The position numbers were made by a program, and so were the translations under genes. Shown one piece after another: positions 35,453 through 45,990 of a stretch of 64,000 nt of DNA; position 1 is the stretch's first letter; every line of letters begins with the position of its first letter. The notes under the pieces are model-generated. The model saw only the letters and a list, made by a program, of their open reading frames with translations, was not told where the DNA came from and searched no databases. The stretch spans positions 248,001 to 312,000 of the IMG/VR virus record IMGVR_UViG_3300050821_002957; one strand, given 5' to 3'.

Positions 35453-35833
35453 TTAATCCGGCATCGTCATGATGTTCTTTTGATGCGGACGGGTCATGAA
35501 ATTTCCATTGCCATCGGGATTCATTTTTGGTTGTGCAGCGTAGCAATAATCAAACGTGACGACTCGACCCGGCTGTTCGTTTTCTGAAGAAGGATCGGCC
35601 CATTCGTCGCCAGCCCAATTGCCACTTGTAATGTGAATTTCGTGAGTGTGTCCGACAGCACCGGGCATTTTGCTGATCGCTTGTCCATAAACAGTGTCAG
35701 GAGTTCCACGACCACCTTCATGGCGACGACCCATCACAACGTTGTCGTAAGGATTGACATTGCCAGAAGGACCAGACATTGTACGGTTGTACATCTGGTT
35801 TTGCATAGCGGCAAATTGGGAGAAACTCAACAT
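35453..35833 (-). CDS. Late protein with capsid-targeting-like N-terminus
   Basis: MLSFSQF; TAAATA 5 nt upstream. Confidence 0.55.
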   Translation of the reverse strand: MLSFSQFAAMQNQMYNRTMSGPSGNVNPYDNVVMGRRHEGGRGTPDTVYGQAISKMPGAVGHTHEIHITSGNWAGDEWADPSSENEQPGRVVTFDYCYAAQPKMNPDGNGNFMTRPHQKNIMTMPD

Positions 35834-36190
35834 GCTTCTATTTAGATAGGATCACCACGATAAATAAGATCATGTATGCCTCACTCGTGCTTTACACCGA
35901 ACCACGGAGACCGCTGATCAATCCAAAGTTCGATTTGTTCGCTTGGTTAGACACTCGACAGGAACCAAATTTATTCCCGGCTCGTGTGGTAGATAAGGTT
36001 CAATTGATGCTTCCAGAGAAGGTAAAGACGATGGATGTTCTGTCGGCAGACATCTTTGACTTCATCTCTTGGCAAGCCGAAGAGAAGGGCTATGCCGTCG
36101 TCAGAAGCATCGATACGAATTGGATGTACTGGTCGATCCTAGCTGACAAGTACGTACTCCTGGACATGGTTCGAGTGTTGATCTGAAATG

Positions 36191-36555
36191 AAAAAGGCCG
36201 ACAGACACTCTCTTAAGTAGAGTATCCATCGGCCCAGTTCTCTGAACGAGTCGGTAGAGTCCTTGCAAGCGTCGATTGGGATGTTCGTAGGCGCAAGGCC
36301 ATACATCTGATATCGACGGTTTTTAAACCCTACAAGATTCAGCCCGGTTGCGGTGCCGTTAGCTGATCTCTGCATCACACACTATCTCGTTAGCAGGATG
36401 TACACGTCGCTCACCATTTTTCTAATGATACGAAATCTCTACACTGTCGTGCAAAGTGCGTGTCAACCCTGGCAAACTTGAGTTGGCTTTGAACCGTCCA
36501 GACTTAGACTGGGTTCGCTTTGTCCCGGTCGCATCGTCTGTAACCTCTTGCTCAC
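36191..36555 (-). ncRNA. Candidate ~365-nt standalone ncRNA
   Basis: TTGACT-17-TAGTAT promoter at 36562..36590; 16-bp terminator hairpin plus U5 at 36191..36234; no convincing ORF. Confidence 0.55.
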
Positions 36556-37294
36556 AAACCAATACTAACAAACCTCTTAGAAGGAGTCAAGAGAAATTTA
36601 AGGTTATTTTTCTATTGACTTCTCCCAAAAAATGTGCTATTCTGAAAGATTACTCTAAAGGAGCACCCCAAATCGCAGCCGCAGAAGGGCCACCAGCTTC
36701 CATGTAACATCCGTCTTCGCCACACTTCTCGCAAGTCATGTTATCGGCGGTGAATGCACTGGTCGCAGCTTCTCGGAGCCACTTCGCCTTGTTCAGCCCG
36801 GACATGTAGTCTTCATCTTCGGGCAACGTCTCGGCGATCAGCTTCTTGCTGTCAGTGGTGATTCTGAAGTTTACGCCTTCGAGTATTCTATCACCGAACT
36901 GGTATCCATCCAACAGACAAGCGTCCACCGGCCCACAATCTGGACATACGAGTTTCATTTCCACAGCCCTCCTATCGTTCCTATGATGTCTACAAACGTG
37001 CCCACTGCACAGACAGCGACGATCCAATACATCACCGTCTTGAACGTCTGATTGCGTCCAGGAGCCTTCCAAATGATGAGGGCCAAGAACAGCGCTACAG
37101 CAATCAAAAAGTGCTTGAACACAGATTGTAGTTCGGTCATGAAAAATATTGTAGCAGATTTTTGAGGAAAGTAAAATGAGCCGTTGTGGAGTCGAACTCA
37201 GCTTGGGTATATTTGGTCCCTGCGGTGCGGTTGGCAGTCAAAGAGGATGCCTTCGGCAATTGGGGTACAATTCCATATGCAAGGAAAAAAATTT

Positions 37295-37382
37295 TGGTGG
37301 GACGGGTGTGAGTCGAACACACAGGGTTCCAAGGAACATCCGCTTTACAGGCGGCTCTCGCTCCCTACGAGACTACCATCCC
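37295..37382 (-). tRNA. tRNA-Tyr(GTA), long variable arm, extended D stem
   Basis: GGGATGG/CCGTCCC acceptor, loop CTGTAAA, TTCGACT T-loop, ACCA end. Confidence 0.9.
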
Positions 37383-38818
37383 AAGTTTGAATGATAGGGC
37401 AGGAACGGTTATACTAAAGGCTTAACAGAGTGCTACTGAAGCACGCCGCCGTTCACGCCCAAAGTATAATAATAGAGAGTCATAAAATTTGATCTGTGAC
37501 TCGTCCGGGTAACAACTTCATTCCGGCACCCAGTCACTTCAATATGTATACTAGCACTATTCTTGAGTGCTGTCAAGCTGCTATAGTGCTGGCAATCTTC
37601 TCAAGCTCAACAATGTCTGCTTCGGTAAGAGAGAAACTAAGCACACTATCAAGTAACTGCCATTCTACATCATGCTCAAACAGTGTTGTATCGATGCCCT
37701 TGAACTTCGCCAAATGACAAAGCAACTTTCGACTCATTCGCATCAATACGGCACCTTGAAGACCAAGTAACCATAGATCCAGACATGCAGGATCATGATG
37801 TATTCCCAGACAGTCGCCCACGGTTCTGGTGTGAACGACTGCATCAACAGCGTGAACAAAAGAATTTTGAAGACAGAACTTCGTATCTTATCGACCGGAG
37901 TGTTCATTCGCCGCCGTCTCCTCCATCTCCACCGTCTCCTCCGTCACCACCATCGCCATCTCCGCTGTTGTTTGATGACACAGCCGGTGCAGGATCTTCA
38001 CGCTCGACCACAACAGTTGGCGTTGTTGCTACCTGAACAACATCTTCGACGATTTCTTCAAAAACCTGAGCAGCTACAAACGGGTCCACGTAATTGGTGG
38101 TGTCATCGGCGTTATAGACGGTTGTCGAATGAGTCCGAGGCACCAAATTGATTGAGCGAGGCGTGTTGCGAATTTGCCGGGGAATGTTGTTGCCAATCTG
38201 ATTAGGCGTATTGTTGATCGGGCGAGGCGTTGTTCGCACACTCGGCCACGGAGTTGGGTTTACAGAATCACGAGGCCACGGTGTAGTTGGCTGTACTTCA
38301 CGGTCACGATGAGGGAGCGTATCCTTCAACGATAAACTACCAGTCGGATATCGCTTCTCTTTCGGAGCGTCTTCGTACAACAAACTCTTGATCGTTTTCC
38401 ACAATGACATAAAGGGTCCTTCCTTTTCTGTTTTAATTAGGCAACCAAGTGCCCATCCAACTGCCATTCAACGACTGATCGATCTTCGGCAGCAGCTTGC
38501 TCAACTTGTGGCCTGGATACGCAGCCCGAAGATCGAGTTCCTGCGTCAATCCTTTCCAAACTTCCCATTCGGTGTATTGCATAGGATTATCTTACCACAT
38601 CAATTTGTCTGGTCGTTTTCGTCGTACTCAGAGTTGACAATGCTCTGTGTTACGTTATCTGTCACTCGAATGACAATGCTTCTCCATCCTTGCCAATCGA
38701 CCATGATTTGCAGAAGCTCAAGGCCGGTGAAGCCTGAGCGATTACACGCTATTTGAAAATCTTGAATGCGTTGTCGCTTCGTCTTGGTGGTTCGTCTTCC
38801 AGCAGGCATCGTAGTCTC

Positions 38819-39055
38819 CTATTTTCTGTGGCCGATATGATAGAACGAGCACCACCGGCACTTGTAAGCATCGAATGGGTCCTTCTGTTGGTCGGCGCAT
38901 TTCTGTGCTGCTTCCATCGTAAGAAAGTCAATCTTGTTCATGCAACTTCGTACTTTGTCGTACATTGGACCAACCGGCGCAGGCTTCGGAGGCGTCTCAC
39001 AAAAAGCAATGTACATGTCCTGAGTCGTAATTTTTGGTGGTTTGTTAGAAGGCAT
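38819..39055 (-). CDS. Small zinc-binding phage protein (paralog of 20847..21125)
   Basis: C.NKI.F.T...A....Y.CRWCSFYHIGH. Confidence 0.65.
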   Translation of the reverse strand: MPSNKPPKITTQDMYIAFCETPPKPAPVGPMYDKVRSCMNKIDFLTMEAAQKCADQQKDPFDAYKCRWCSFYHIGHRK

Positions 39056-40612
39056 TTCAGTTCTCGATACGCTCTTCCCAGATTTTCAGCACTTTCATGA
39101 ACTGTTCATCGAGTTCCGGCGACTCTCCAATGGTAATTTTCCGACCCATGAGCTTACTGACTTCGGCGATACTCTGGTCCATTTTTTTGGTCGCACGCAC
39201 AATGTCGAGTTCATGTAGATGATCGAAGTTCTTGGCAGTCTTCCAGATTTCTGCTTCAGCCTTCACGTCTACAATACTACGGTTGATCCAATCGAAGATG
39301 GCCTTGTACTGACGTTTGTTGCTTCGGCGTTGAACTAGCGCCAACAACTTTTCACGATTGGTCTGAAGTTTACACAAAAGGGAGTGGAGTTCGATACGTC
39401 GAGCAGCCTTGTAAATTTGAAATTGCAACCATGTGCTCATTTCACGTCCCATCCTTTCAGGAACAAAGACAAGACTACACGTTCGAGATTTCGTAAGGCT
39501 TCGTTGGAATCGGTAGCAGGCGCAGGATCGAGTTCAATTTTGTCACTGACCACCTGGGGCACATTTGTCGTCGGAACAAATGTTTTGCAACGATTAATTG
39601 GTTGATGCCAGACGTAGGTCTTTCCCGCAATCTCGACGACGAAACGGTAGCACAGGGTATCTGTCTCAAAGACAAGATTGGAGACGAACCCATTATCGTA
39701 CAGATACCAAATGAAATTGGTTTTTAGGTCGTAGGCTTTATTGTTCGTTGCCGCCGTGAATTTTTTCGCCTTGATGTGCTTGTTCAGATCGTAGCACGCC
39801 TCACACCCGGCAGCGACGACATCTTCAAAAAGCATCCCACCGAGCGCCTCAAGTTCTCGTTCCGCCACCTTACGAAGCTCGACAACAAACTCAGGAGATT
39901 GCTTTGCAGTAGCGATAGCACTCTGCGGAAAGAATACTATGCCCGAGGCATCATTACGTTTGACCGGCGCACCCAACAGAGCGATCATGCCTTTGGTCCA
40001 GTTTTTACCCCGAAACGTATTGATATCGAGTGGATCATTAGTGCCGAAGTGATTGACAGACACCAGATAATTCGGAAACCCTTTCATGCCTTTTTCTCCT
40101 CTAAGAATACAGTGTAACCGTATCGGTACATACCAAACAATTGCCCATCTTCATCCGTACCAGTAGAGATCATGTGAAATGCTCTGTCACCCATCACAAT
40201 GATCATCGGGATATGGTCTAGCTCGACGGTACGAACTTCGTCATGCAGCCCATCACGAAGATACAGGCGCATCTGTTTTGGTTTCATGCTTTCACTCCGA
40301 AAATCTTTTTCAAAATCCAGACAGGCGGATGATCCAACCATGCAAGATCATTGGCAAATGGACATTCATCCTGGCGCAAAGAGGACTCATAATACTTGGC
40401 AGCGGCAACCGAAATGCTTGTTGATTCCACCCAACCATCACACTTTGAATACGTCATGTGAATGTATTCTAGAGCTTCTTCAGCGGTGCGGCCTCTGGTG
40501 AGCACCGTGCCAATACGGGAATGTGAGAAGCTCCACAGCAAATACTTCTCACCATTCGGAACGTACCGGAATTCAAGTTCTCGGCACTCTTCTGTTGTAA
40601 GCCACTTCATCA

Positions 40613-41710
40613 TTATTTCACCCCTGCAAATTGTTCGATCATTGCTTGCTGGGAAGGCTGACCGGCCAGCGGATTCGCCGACGAAGGCTTCACACCCTTT
40701 ACCAGCCGCACATTGTGGAACGTCGTCGGATACTGATTGAAGCCTTTTCCGTGGACACTGTAGTTGCAGATCACTTTGTTGCGAACAGTGAAGCTCGATC
40801 CATCGGCGAAGTGAAACACAATCTCGCCCTGAAAGCCTGCGCCATTCACATGACCCTCGATGATTTCGGGAATGACACCGGAACCGAAACCGCTCATGAT
40901 CATCTGATTGTCTTTCGCTTCAAGAACGACGGCCAGCTTGGTGACGTTTTTGTAGAGGAACATACGCTGGGCATAATCGGCGTCCTTCTGAGCGATCTTG
41001 CGGAGCAGATCCTTGAAATTTGGAACGAGGCGAGTATAGTTGCCGGTGTGCGAATCCCATCCTTCGCCTACAGTCTGTAACAAGAAATCGGCAGAGGTCG
41101 GCGTATATCGTTCGTTGCGTGTGCGAGGATGGTCCATGCGATATTGAACCGAAGAGACGAAATTGTTGAACAGGATGTCTTCGTACTGGAGGGTCAGACC
41201 GTCTGTCATGTCCTTCAGAACTTTCGTGACGAGGATTGCCGCTTCGGTGGTCGGCATCGGCGGAACGTAATCGTCGGCCTTCTCTTCTTCGCTGCGCCCG
41301 ACACGCTTCACAATTTTGTCCTTCAGGAGCATCAGCGCATCATACAGGTCAACGATCTCAGCGCAGACGGCGAACCATTGAGCATTGTCAAACTTCTTCT
41401 TTTTGGCGAGCTTCACTTTTCCGGCGACTTGATTGCCGTACATGAAAGTCAGATCGAAGGTATAGTTCTCGACCTTGGGAAAATGATAGGCAGCGCTAAA
41501 GGCTTCGCTGTACAGTCCACGATGGCTGTCCTCTGCGATACTGACGACGGTATTGAGTGCTTCTTTGGCGCTCTTGAATTCAGGATTGGGGATCGAATCG
41601 GTGTAGGTGTTCAGAGCATTGACGACCGTCTGGAGGGCTTTCTTGCCCCAAGACGATTGATTCGCTTGGCAGGCGGCGTTCAACAGCGGGTATTGATCTA
41701 CGCTCTTCAT
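40613..41710 (-). CDS. Early hypothetical phage protein
   Basis: 365-aa ORF with its own leaderless promoter and palindrome; no function recognised. Confidence 0.6.
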   Translation of the reverse strand: MKSVDQYPLLNAACQANQSSWGKKALQTVVNALNTYTDSIPNPEFKSAKEALNTVVSIAEDSHRGLYSEAFSAAYHFPKVENYTFDLTFMYGNQVAGKVKLAKKKKFDNAQWFAVCAEIVDLYDALMLLKDKIVKRVGRSEEEKADDYVPPMPTTEAAILVTKVLKDMTDGLTLQYEDILFNNFVSSVQYRMDHPRTRNERYTPTSADFLLQTVGEGWDSHTGNYTRLVPNFKDLLRKIAQKDADYAQRMFLYKNVTKLAVVLEAKDNQMIMSGFGSGVIPEIIEGHVNGAGFQGEIVFHFADGSSFTVRNKVICNYSVHGKGFNQYPTTFHNVRLVKGVKPSSANPLAGQPSQQAMIEQFAGVK

Positions 41711-41876
41711 GAAACTAGAATAGCAAACCTACCCTACCATGTCAACAGTAGATGCATCTTTTTCTGGAAGGAATATTTTATCTACCTCTTGACATATTGA
41801 CGGCTGGTGCGCTATGCTGGTACTGTCAAAGAGAGTCCCATTTTCAACGACTTACGTCCGTTGATAAATACTCTCC

Positions 41877-42281
41877 ATGAAAACCTTCCTCGAATTTATC
41901 TTGACCGAGAATGCCATGTTACCGGGCGTTGCTGGCGTAATGAAACACCAACGGGACAATGGTTTAGCCAAGGTAGGTGTTCATCCCAATTTTGCTGCCA
42001 TTAAGAAGCAGCGTGAAGATAGCATCAACAAAGTTGGCACCCATCCAAATTTTGCTGAAATCTTACGTCGGCGTCAAGCAGGTCAAATGTCGGAAGAAGA
42101 AATGAACGAACTGCTTGGTCTATTCAAAAAGAAAAACGATGCAAAACCCTCGCCGTTTGCCAAACCAAAAAACGCAATTGGACATGGTGACAAGGCTTAT
42201 CGCACGAACCACCATTATGGGAACGGTGACATCGAACCATCCACCGTTCCTATTTTCAAACCAACTTGGCAGAATCGTTAG
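41877..42281 (+). CDS. Probable internal head protein
   Basis: N-term MKTFLEFILTE resembles the T4 capsid targeting sequence MKTYQEFIAE; TAAATA promoter; internal repeat KVG.HPNFA.I. Confidence 0.65.
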   Translation: MKTFLEFILTENAMLPGVAGVMKHQRDNGLAKVGVHPNFAAIKKQREDSINKVGTHPNFAEILRRRQAGQMSEEEMNELLGLFKKKNDAKPSPFAKPKNAIGHGDKAYRTNHHYGNGDIEPSTVPIFKPTWQNR

Positions 42282-42865
42282 AAACGTCTCGGACACGCTG
42301 GCGGCTTCGCACAATCACCGGGTCCACCATTGTCCTTGGTCACTTTTTTGTTGGGAACTTTCTTCGGCTTTTTGACCGGCGACAATTGATGTGCATCGAA
42401 GTATTGAACGTCAGTCAAAATGCCTTCATGCAGTTTTGATGATTGCAGACCGACTCGCTGTGACGACGTAAAAAATTTGGACAATGAAATCGCAACACCT
42501 TCAAAATCTGAAATGCTGTCTTTGTACGTGTCGCCGAGTACGATCATATCCGGCTCTTCTTCATATGAAATCACTGCGGCCCCAGGTTGTTCTTGGAGAA
42601 GCTGTTCGTCAATGTAGAATCCGTCCATCGGCCCACCGTCAGCCTTGAGACCCGGAGGCTGAATTGCCACTCGGACGCACGCATACAGGAAAGTTGTGCG
42701 AGAGACAGCGACACCTTTAAGTCCTGAAATGGGATCTTTGTATGTTCTGCCGAGCGTTGCTACTTCTGTCGCTGCGGTCTTCAAAACGTTTTCACGATCA
42801 ATTGGTTTGGAGTTTGCCATGTGTCGAGAGTAACATGATGGCTATAGGTGTGTCAATAATTTTAA

Positions 42866-42953
42866 TGGCTGGAGGAGCAGGACTCGAACCTGCATATGAG
42901 CTTTCGCTACGACACATTAACAGTGTGCTGCCTTACCGTTAGGCGACCCTCCA
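42866..42953 (-). tRNA. tRNA with GTT (Asn) anticodon on a class II long-variable-arm body
   Basis: TGGAGGG/TCCTCCA acceptor, G73-CCA, loop CTGTTAA, 18-nt variable region with AGC-GAAA-GCT hairpin. Confidence 0.88.
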
Positions 42954-42967
42954 ATATAAATGGATGT

Positions 42968-43408
42968 ATGGCAAATTCACAGAAAGTAAAAGAATGGCGC
43001 AAAAGAACCAAACAACGAATGATTGATGCAATGGGTGGATCGTGTGTAGTCTGTGGCTACACTCGTTGTTCAGCCTCATTAGGATTTCATCATCTCGATC
43101 CGAGCAAGAAACATTTTGGTTTCGGAGGTCTTCGTGCCAACCCAAAATCTTGGGAGAAGATCAGCGAAGAACTACGAAAATGCGTTCTGATTTGCAATCG
43201 TTGTCACGGAGAAGTACATGATGGTATAACCATCATTCCCATTAATGCAAAACGGTACGACGAAAGTTATGCTCAGAAATTTGGAAGAAGAAAAATGGCT
43301 CCGGGGACAGGACTCGAACCTGTAACATCCGCTTTAACAGAGCGGCGCTCTACCATTGAGCTACCCCGGAATGAGGTTGCTTCTTTGGTTAGGGTCACGC
43401 CGTTTTAA
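42968..43408 (+). mobile_element. HNH endonuclease between two tRNA-Asn genes
   Basis: CVVCGY..C..SLGFHHLDP..K...E..KCVLICNRCHGEVH. Confidence 0.85.
43296..43370 (-). tRNA. tRNA-Asn(GTT), canonical
   Basis: TCCGGGG/CCCCGGA, CCGCT-CTGTTAA-AGCGG, GCCA end. Confidence 0.95.
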
Positions 43409-43711
43409 AGCGTGACCTACGTATTGTAGGTTGTGTAAGTCATCACAATTCTATTTATACCACGGTGTTTTGAAACTGTCAACCTTTTATTTTACATTGA
43501 CTCCGATCATTCGTCATACCGATCCATGAATTCTCTAACGTCATCAATACGAATTACAAACAAAATGATGAACAGAGGACCGCCGATGCAAAATAACACT
43601 CTGGCAGTTTGCTCCATGTCCATTATCATCTCAAAGAACCCCGCAAGAAAAAGCAAAATGAATGCCAGCCGCCAGCAATTCTTCCAGTTGATCTTCACAT
43701 AATCGAACATG

Positions 43712-44647
43712 TTACACCACCAAATCTTTGGGCAAGCGTTCAGTCCGTGCAATCTCTTCTGCGGTCGGTTTGATCACATTGCCGACGATTCCACCGAAGA
43801 TTGCTCCGACCGTATCTGTGTCGCCACCGACCTCAATGAAGCTGTTGATGCAGGATGCGAACGAAAGACCTTTTTCCAAAGCCTGATGTGCCTGCCATAA
43901 TGCAAAAGGAACTGTATCGACTGCCGTTACTTCTTTGCCGTTTCCAACCTTGCCAATTATTCCCCAATTGGTTTCGTTAAATGCACCCTCACTGGCGACC
44001 CATTCGATGCGATCACGAAGTTCCCCTGATGGTGTGTATTTGATGATGTTTAACCAGAAGTCTTCCTCAGGTCTTCCATAAGTTACGTTTGCTGCGGCTA
44101 TGGCGACCGCTATCGAACCGGCAATAGCATCGACGTGATAATGGGTCACTTCGGCAGATAGACGTGCTTCTTGCGCTACAAGGCCATAGTCAGGTCCAAA
44201 GTGTGCGCCAATGACAGCATCACGCATTGCCGATCCGTTGCCTTTTGAGCCGATGCCCGGTCCCCACCAATTCTTGCTATGCTCAAGCCAATTGTCGGAG
44301 TCATAGCTATAGGTCGTCAACAAACCACGAGTGCCACGCCCATAACCACGCTGAGGATCAACATGAAAATTACGAGCTAATTCCTGAGCGAGTTCGAGTT
44401 GATTGATCGTATTGAATCGGTACAAAGTTCTAACGACACCAATACCGACATGTGTGTCGTCTGTCCAGGGATAGAGAATGTCAATTTTTGTGATCCCTCG
44501 TTCAGTGGCGACATTCCCAGCCTTGTAATATTCAGCCGGAAGAATCTTCATCTGATTTTCGCCTGCTGCATCGCCTACCGACAAGGCAAGAAGCGAAAGA
44601 TAAGTTTCTTTCTTTTTGTACTGCATCGGAGCAAGACAGGGTGTCAT
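43712..44647 (-). CDS. ADP-ribosylglycohydrolase family protein
   Basis: VGDAAG, WTDDT, RGYG, GNGSAMR, VTH, GGDTDT. Confidence 0.92.
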   Translation of the reverse strand: MTPCLAPMQYKKKETYLSLLALSVGDAAGENQMKILPAEYYKAGNVATERGITKIDILYPWTDDTHVGIGVVRTLYRFNTINQLELAQELARNFHVDPQRGYGRGTRGLLTTYSYDSDNWLEHSKNWWGPGIGSKGNGSAMRDAVIGAHFGPDYGLVAQEARLSAEVTHYHVDAIAGSIAVAIAAANVTYGRPEEDFWLNIIKYTPSGELRDRIEWVASEGAFNETNWGIIGKVGNGKEVTAVDTVPFALWQAHQALEKGLSFASCINSFIEVGGDTDTVGAIFGGIVGNVIKPTAEEIARTERLPKDLVV

Positions 44648-45292
44648 ATTTCACCTACTTGGTCGGTTTGTGCCAACCATATGCATGTTGAGCGGTCTTT
44701 GGCTCATATCCTAGAACGAGGTTACAGTTGGCAATACATTCGTCAAGATGACCGTCGCCTTTGTGAGTTGGATCTTGCAAAAATTGAAGTGCATGACGAA
44801 TTGCTTGGCGTGCAGATCGAGCTTCGTTTTGCAGACGTTGAATTTGTTCTTCTATAGTTTCTACCATGTCTTAGTGTTTGTCCTCCACCACCCAAACAGA
44901 TAGCATACCACGGCGTAGATAATTGTCCATTCACCAGCAGTGAGAAAGAATGTGCCGCATCCTATCGTAGGAGTATCGAATGACAAGTTTGCAAAGAAGG
45001 CTTTTCCAAGACAAACAGCGAGACCGCCAAAATAAACAGCGGCAAAGAAGAGTTCACTTGGTCGAGGTACGGTGATATTGGGCCACTTCATATCCACAAT
45101 GTTCGCACCGATCACCAGGGAAGTCAAGTTTTGCGCCTTGATGTAGATGAGCTTCTTGATTTGGATTGTCGGGCGTGCAGATAGTTTCAATGCCGGTAAA
45201 CTTTGTGTTTGGATCGAAACTGAAATTTGGATCTAATTTGTAAATCATAGCAAGAAGTATATAGCACTTCTAAGCCAATGAAATTAAGGTTT

Positions 45293-45366
45293 TGGCAGGA
45301 GTGGTAGGAGTTGAACCCACGCTAAAGGTTTTGGAGGCCCTTGTGCTACCGTTACACCACACTCCT
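45293..45366 (-). tRNA. tRNA-Trp(CCA)
   Basis: AGGAGTG/CACTCCT acceptor, loop CTCCAAA, GCCA end. Confidence 0.92.
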
Positions 45367-45382
45367 GTGATGAGGAAGATTA

Positions 45383-45458
45383 TGGCCGCTGGTTCCAGTT
45401 ACGCTCTGGACTCTTCTGTTCTTCAGACAGACGCTTTCACTAGATTAGCTTACCAGCG
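45383..45458 (-). tRNA. tRNA-Phe(GAA), atypical T-loop AGCGTAA and D-loop AG
   Basis: CGCTGGT/ACCAGCG acceptor, TCTGT-CTGAAGA-ACAGA anticodon arm, TCCAG/CTGGA T stem, GCCA end. Confidence 0.85.
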
Positions 45459-45476
45459 GTGTTGTGCTTTGAGAGA

Positions 45477-45515
45477 GGCGCAACGACTGCTGGTTTCAAC
45501 AGCAGTCGTTGCGCC
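45477..45515 (-). other. Perfect 16-bp hairpin with 7-nt UUGAAAC loop, 5' of tRNA-Phe
   Basis: GGCGCAACGACTGCTG inverted repeat. Confidence 0.8.
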
Positions 45516-45605
45516 CCGGTGGTAAATCGCCAATATGTAAAAGTGCGTGTCATCGTAATTCTATTTATACCACGATCATTGCTGTCTGTCAACAATGAAA
45601 TTCTG

Positions 45606-45684
45606 TGTCGTGAACAAATGGTTCCTCGGATGGGAGCGGTATCATAGGCAGTGATAATCCCACCTGATTCCCCGGCTCACGACA
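45606..45684 (-). ncRNA. Y-RNA-like RNA 1 (bulged-C terminal helix)
   Basis: UGUCGUGAGC-C-GGG...GGGAUUAUC...AUUUGUUCACGACA. Confidence 0.7.
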
Positions 45685-45990
45685 AAATAACAAGGCCACT
45701 CGGAAGTAGCCAAGATCCCTTGGTACACATGGTAACAGGGTCTACTATTCGTGAATGATTTCGCCTATCACTCGTTCTGGCATTAGCTTCTCAGGCGGGA
45801 CACTTCCATTCATAAGGTCAACCATGCGCTGTGCTTGAGCTAGAGTGTGAAAGGTTCCATACGGTGTGACATGTGCTCCACCGTCGCCAGAACCTACTTC
45901 AACCAAATCATACTTCGTTTCCGTCTTCGGCCAAATCTCGTACCTAATTTTCTGTTCGGTCGATGACTTGTTGACGAATTCCATAAATGT

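Noticed and set aside
37907-37965. Regulatory DNA repeat
   Set aside because: Explained by the Gly-Asp-Gly low-complexity tail of ORF 37904..38467
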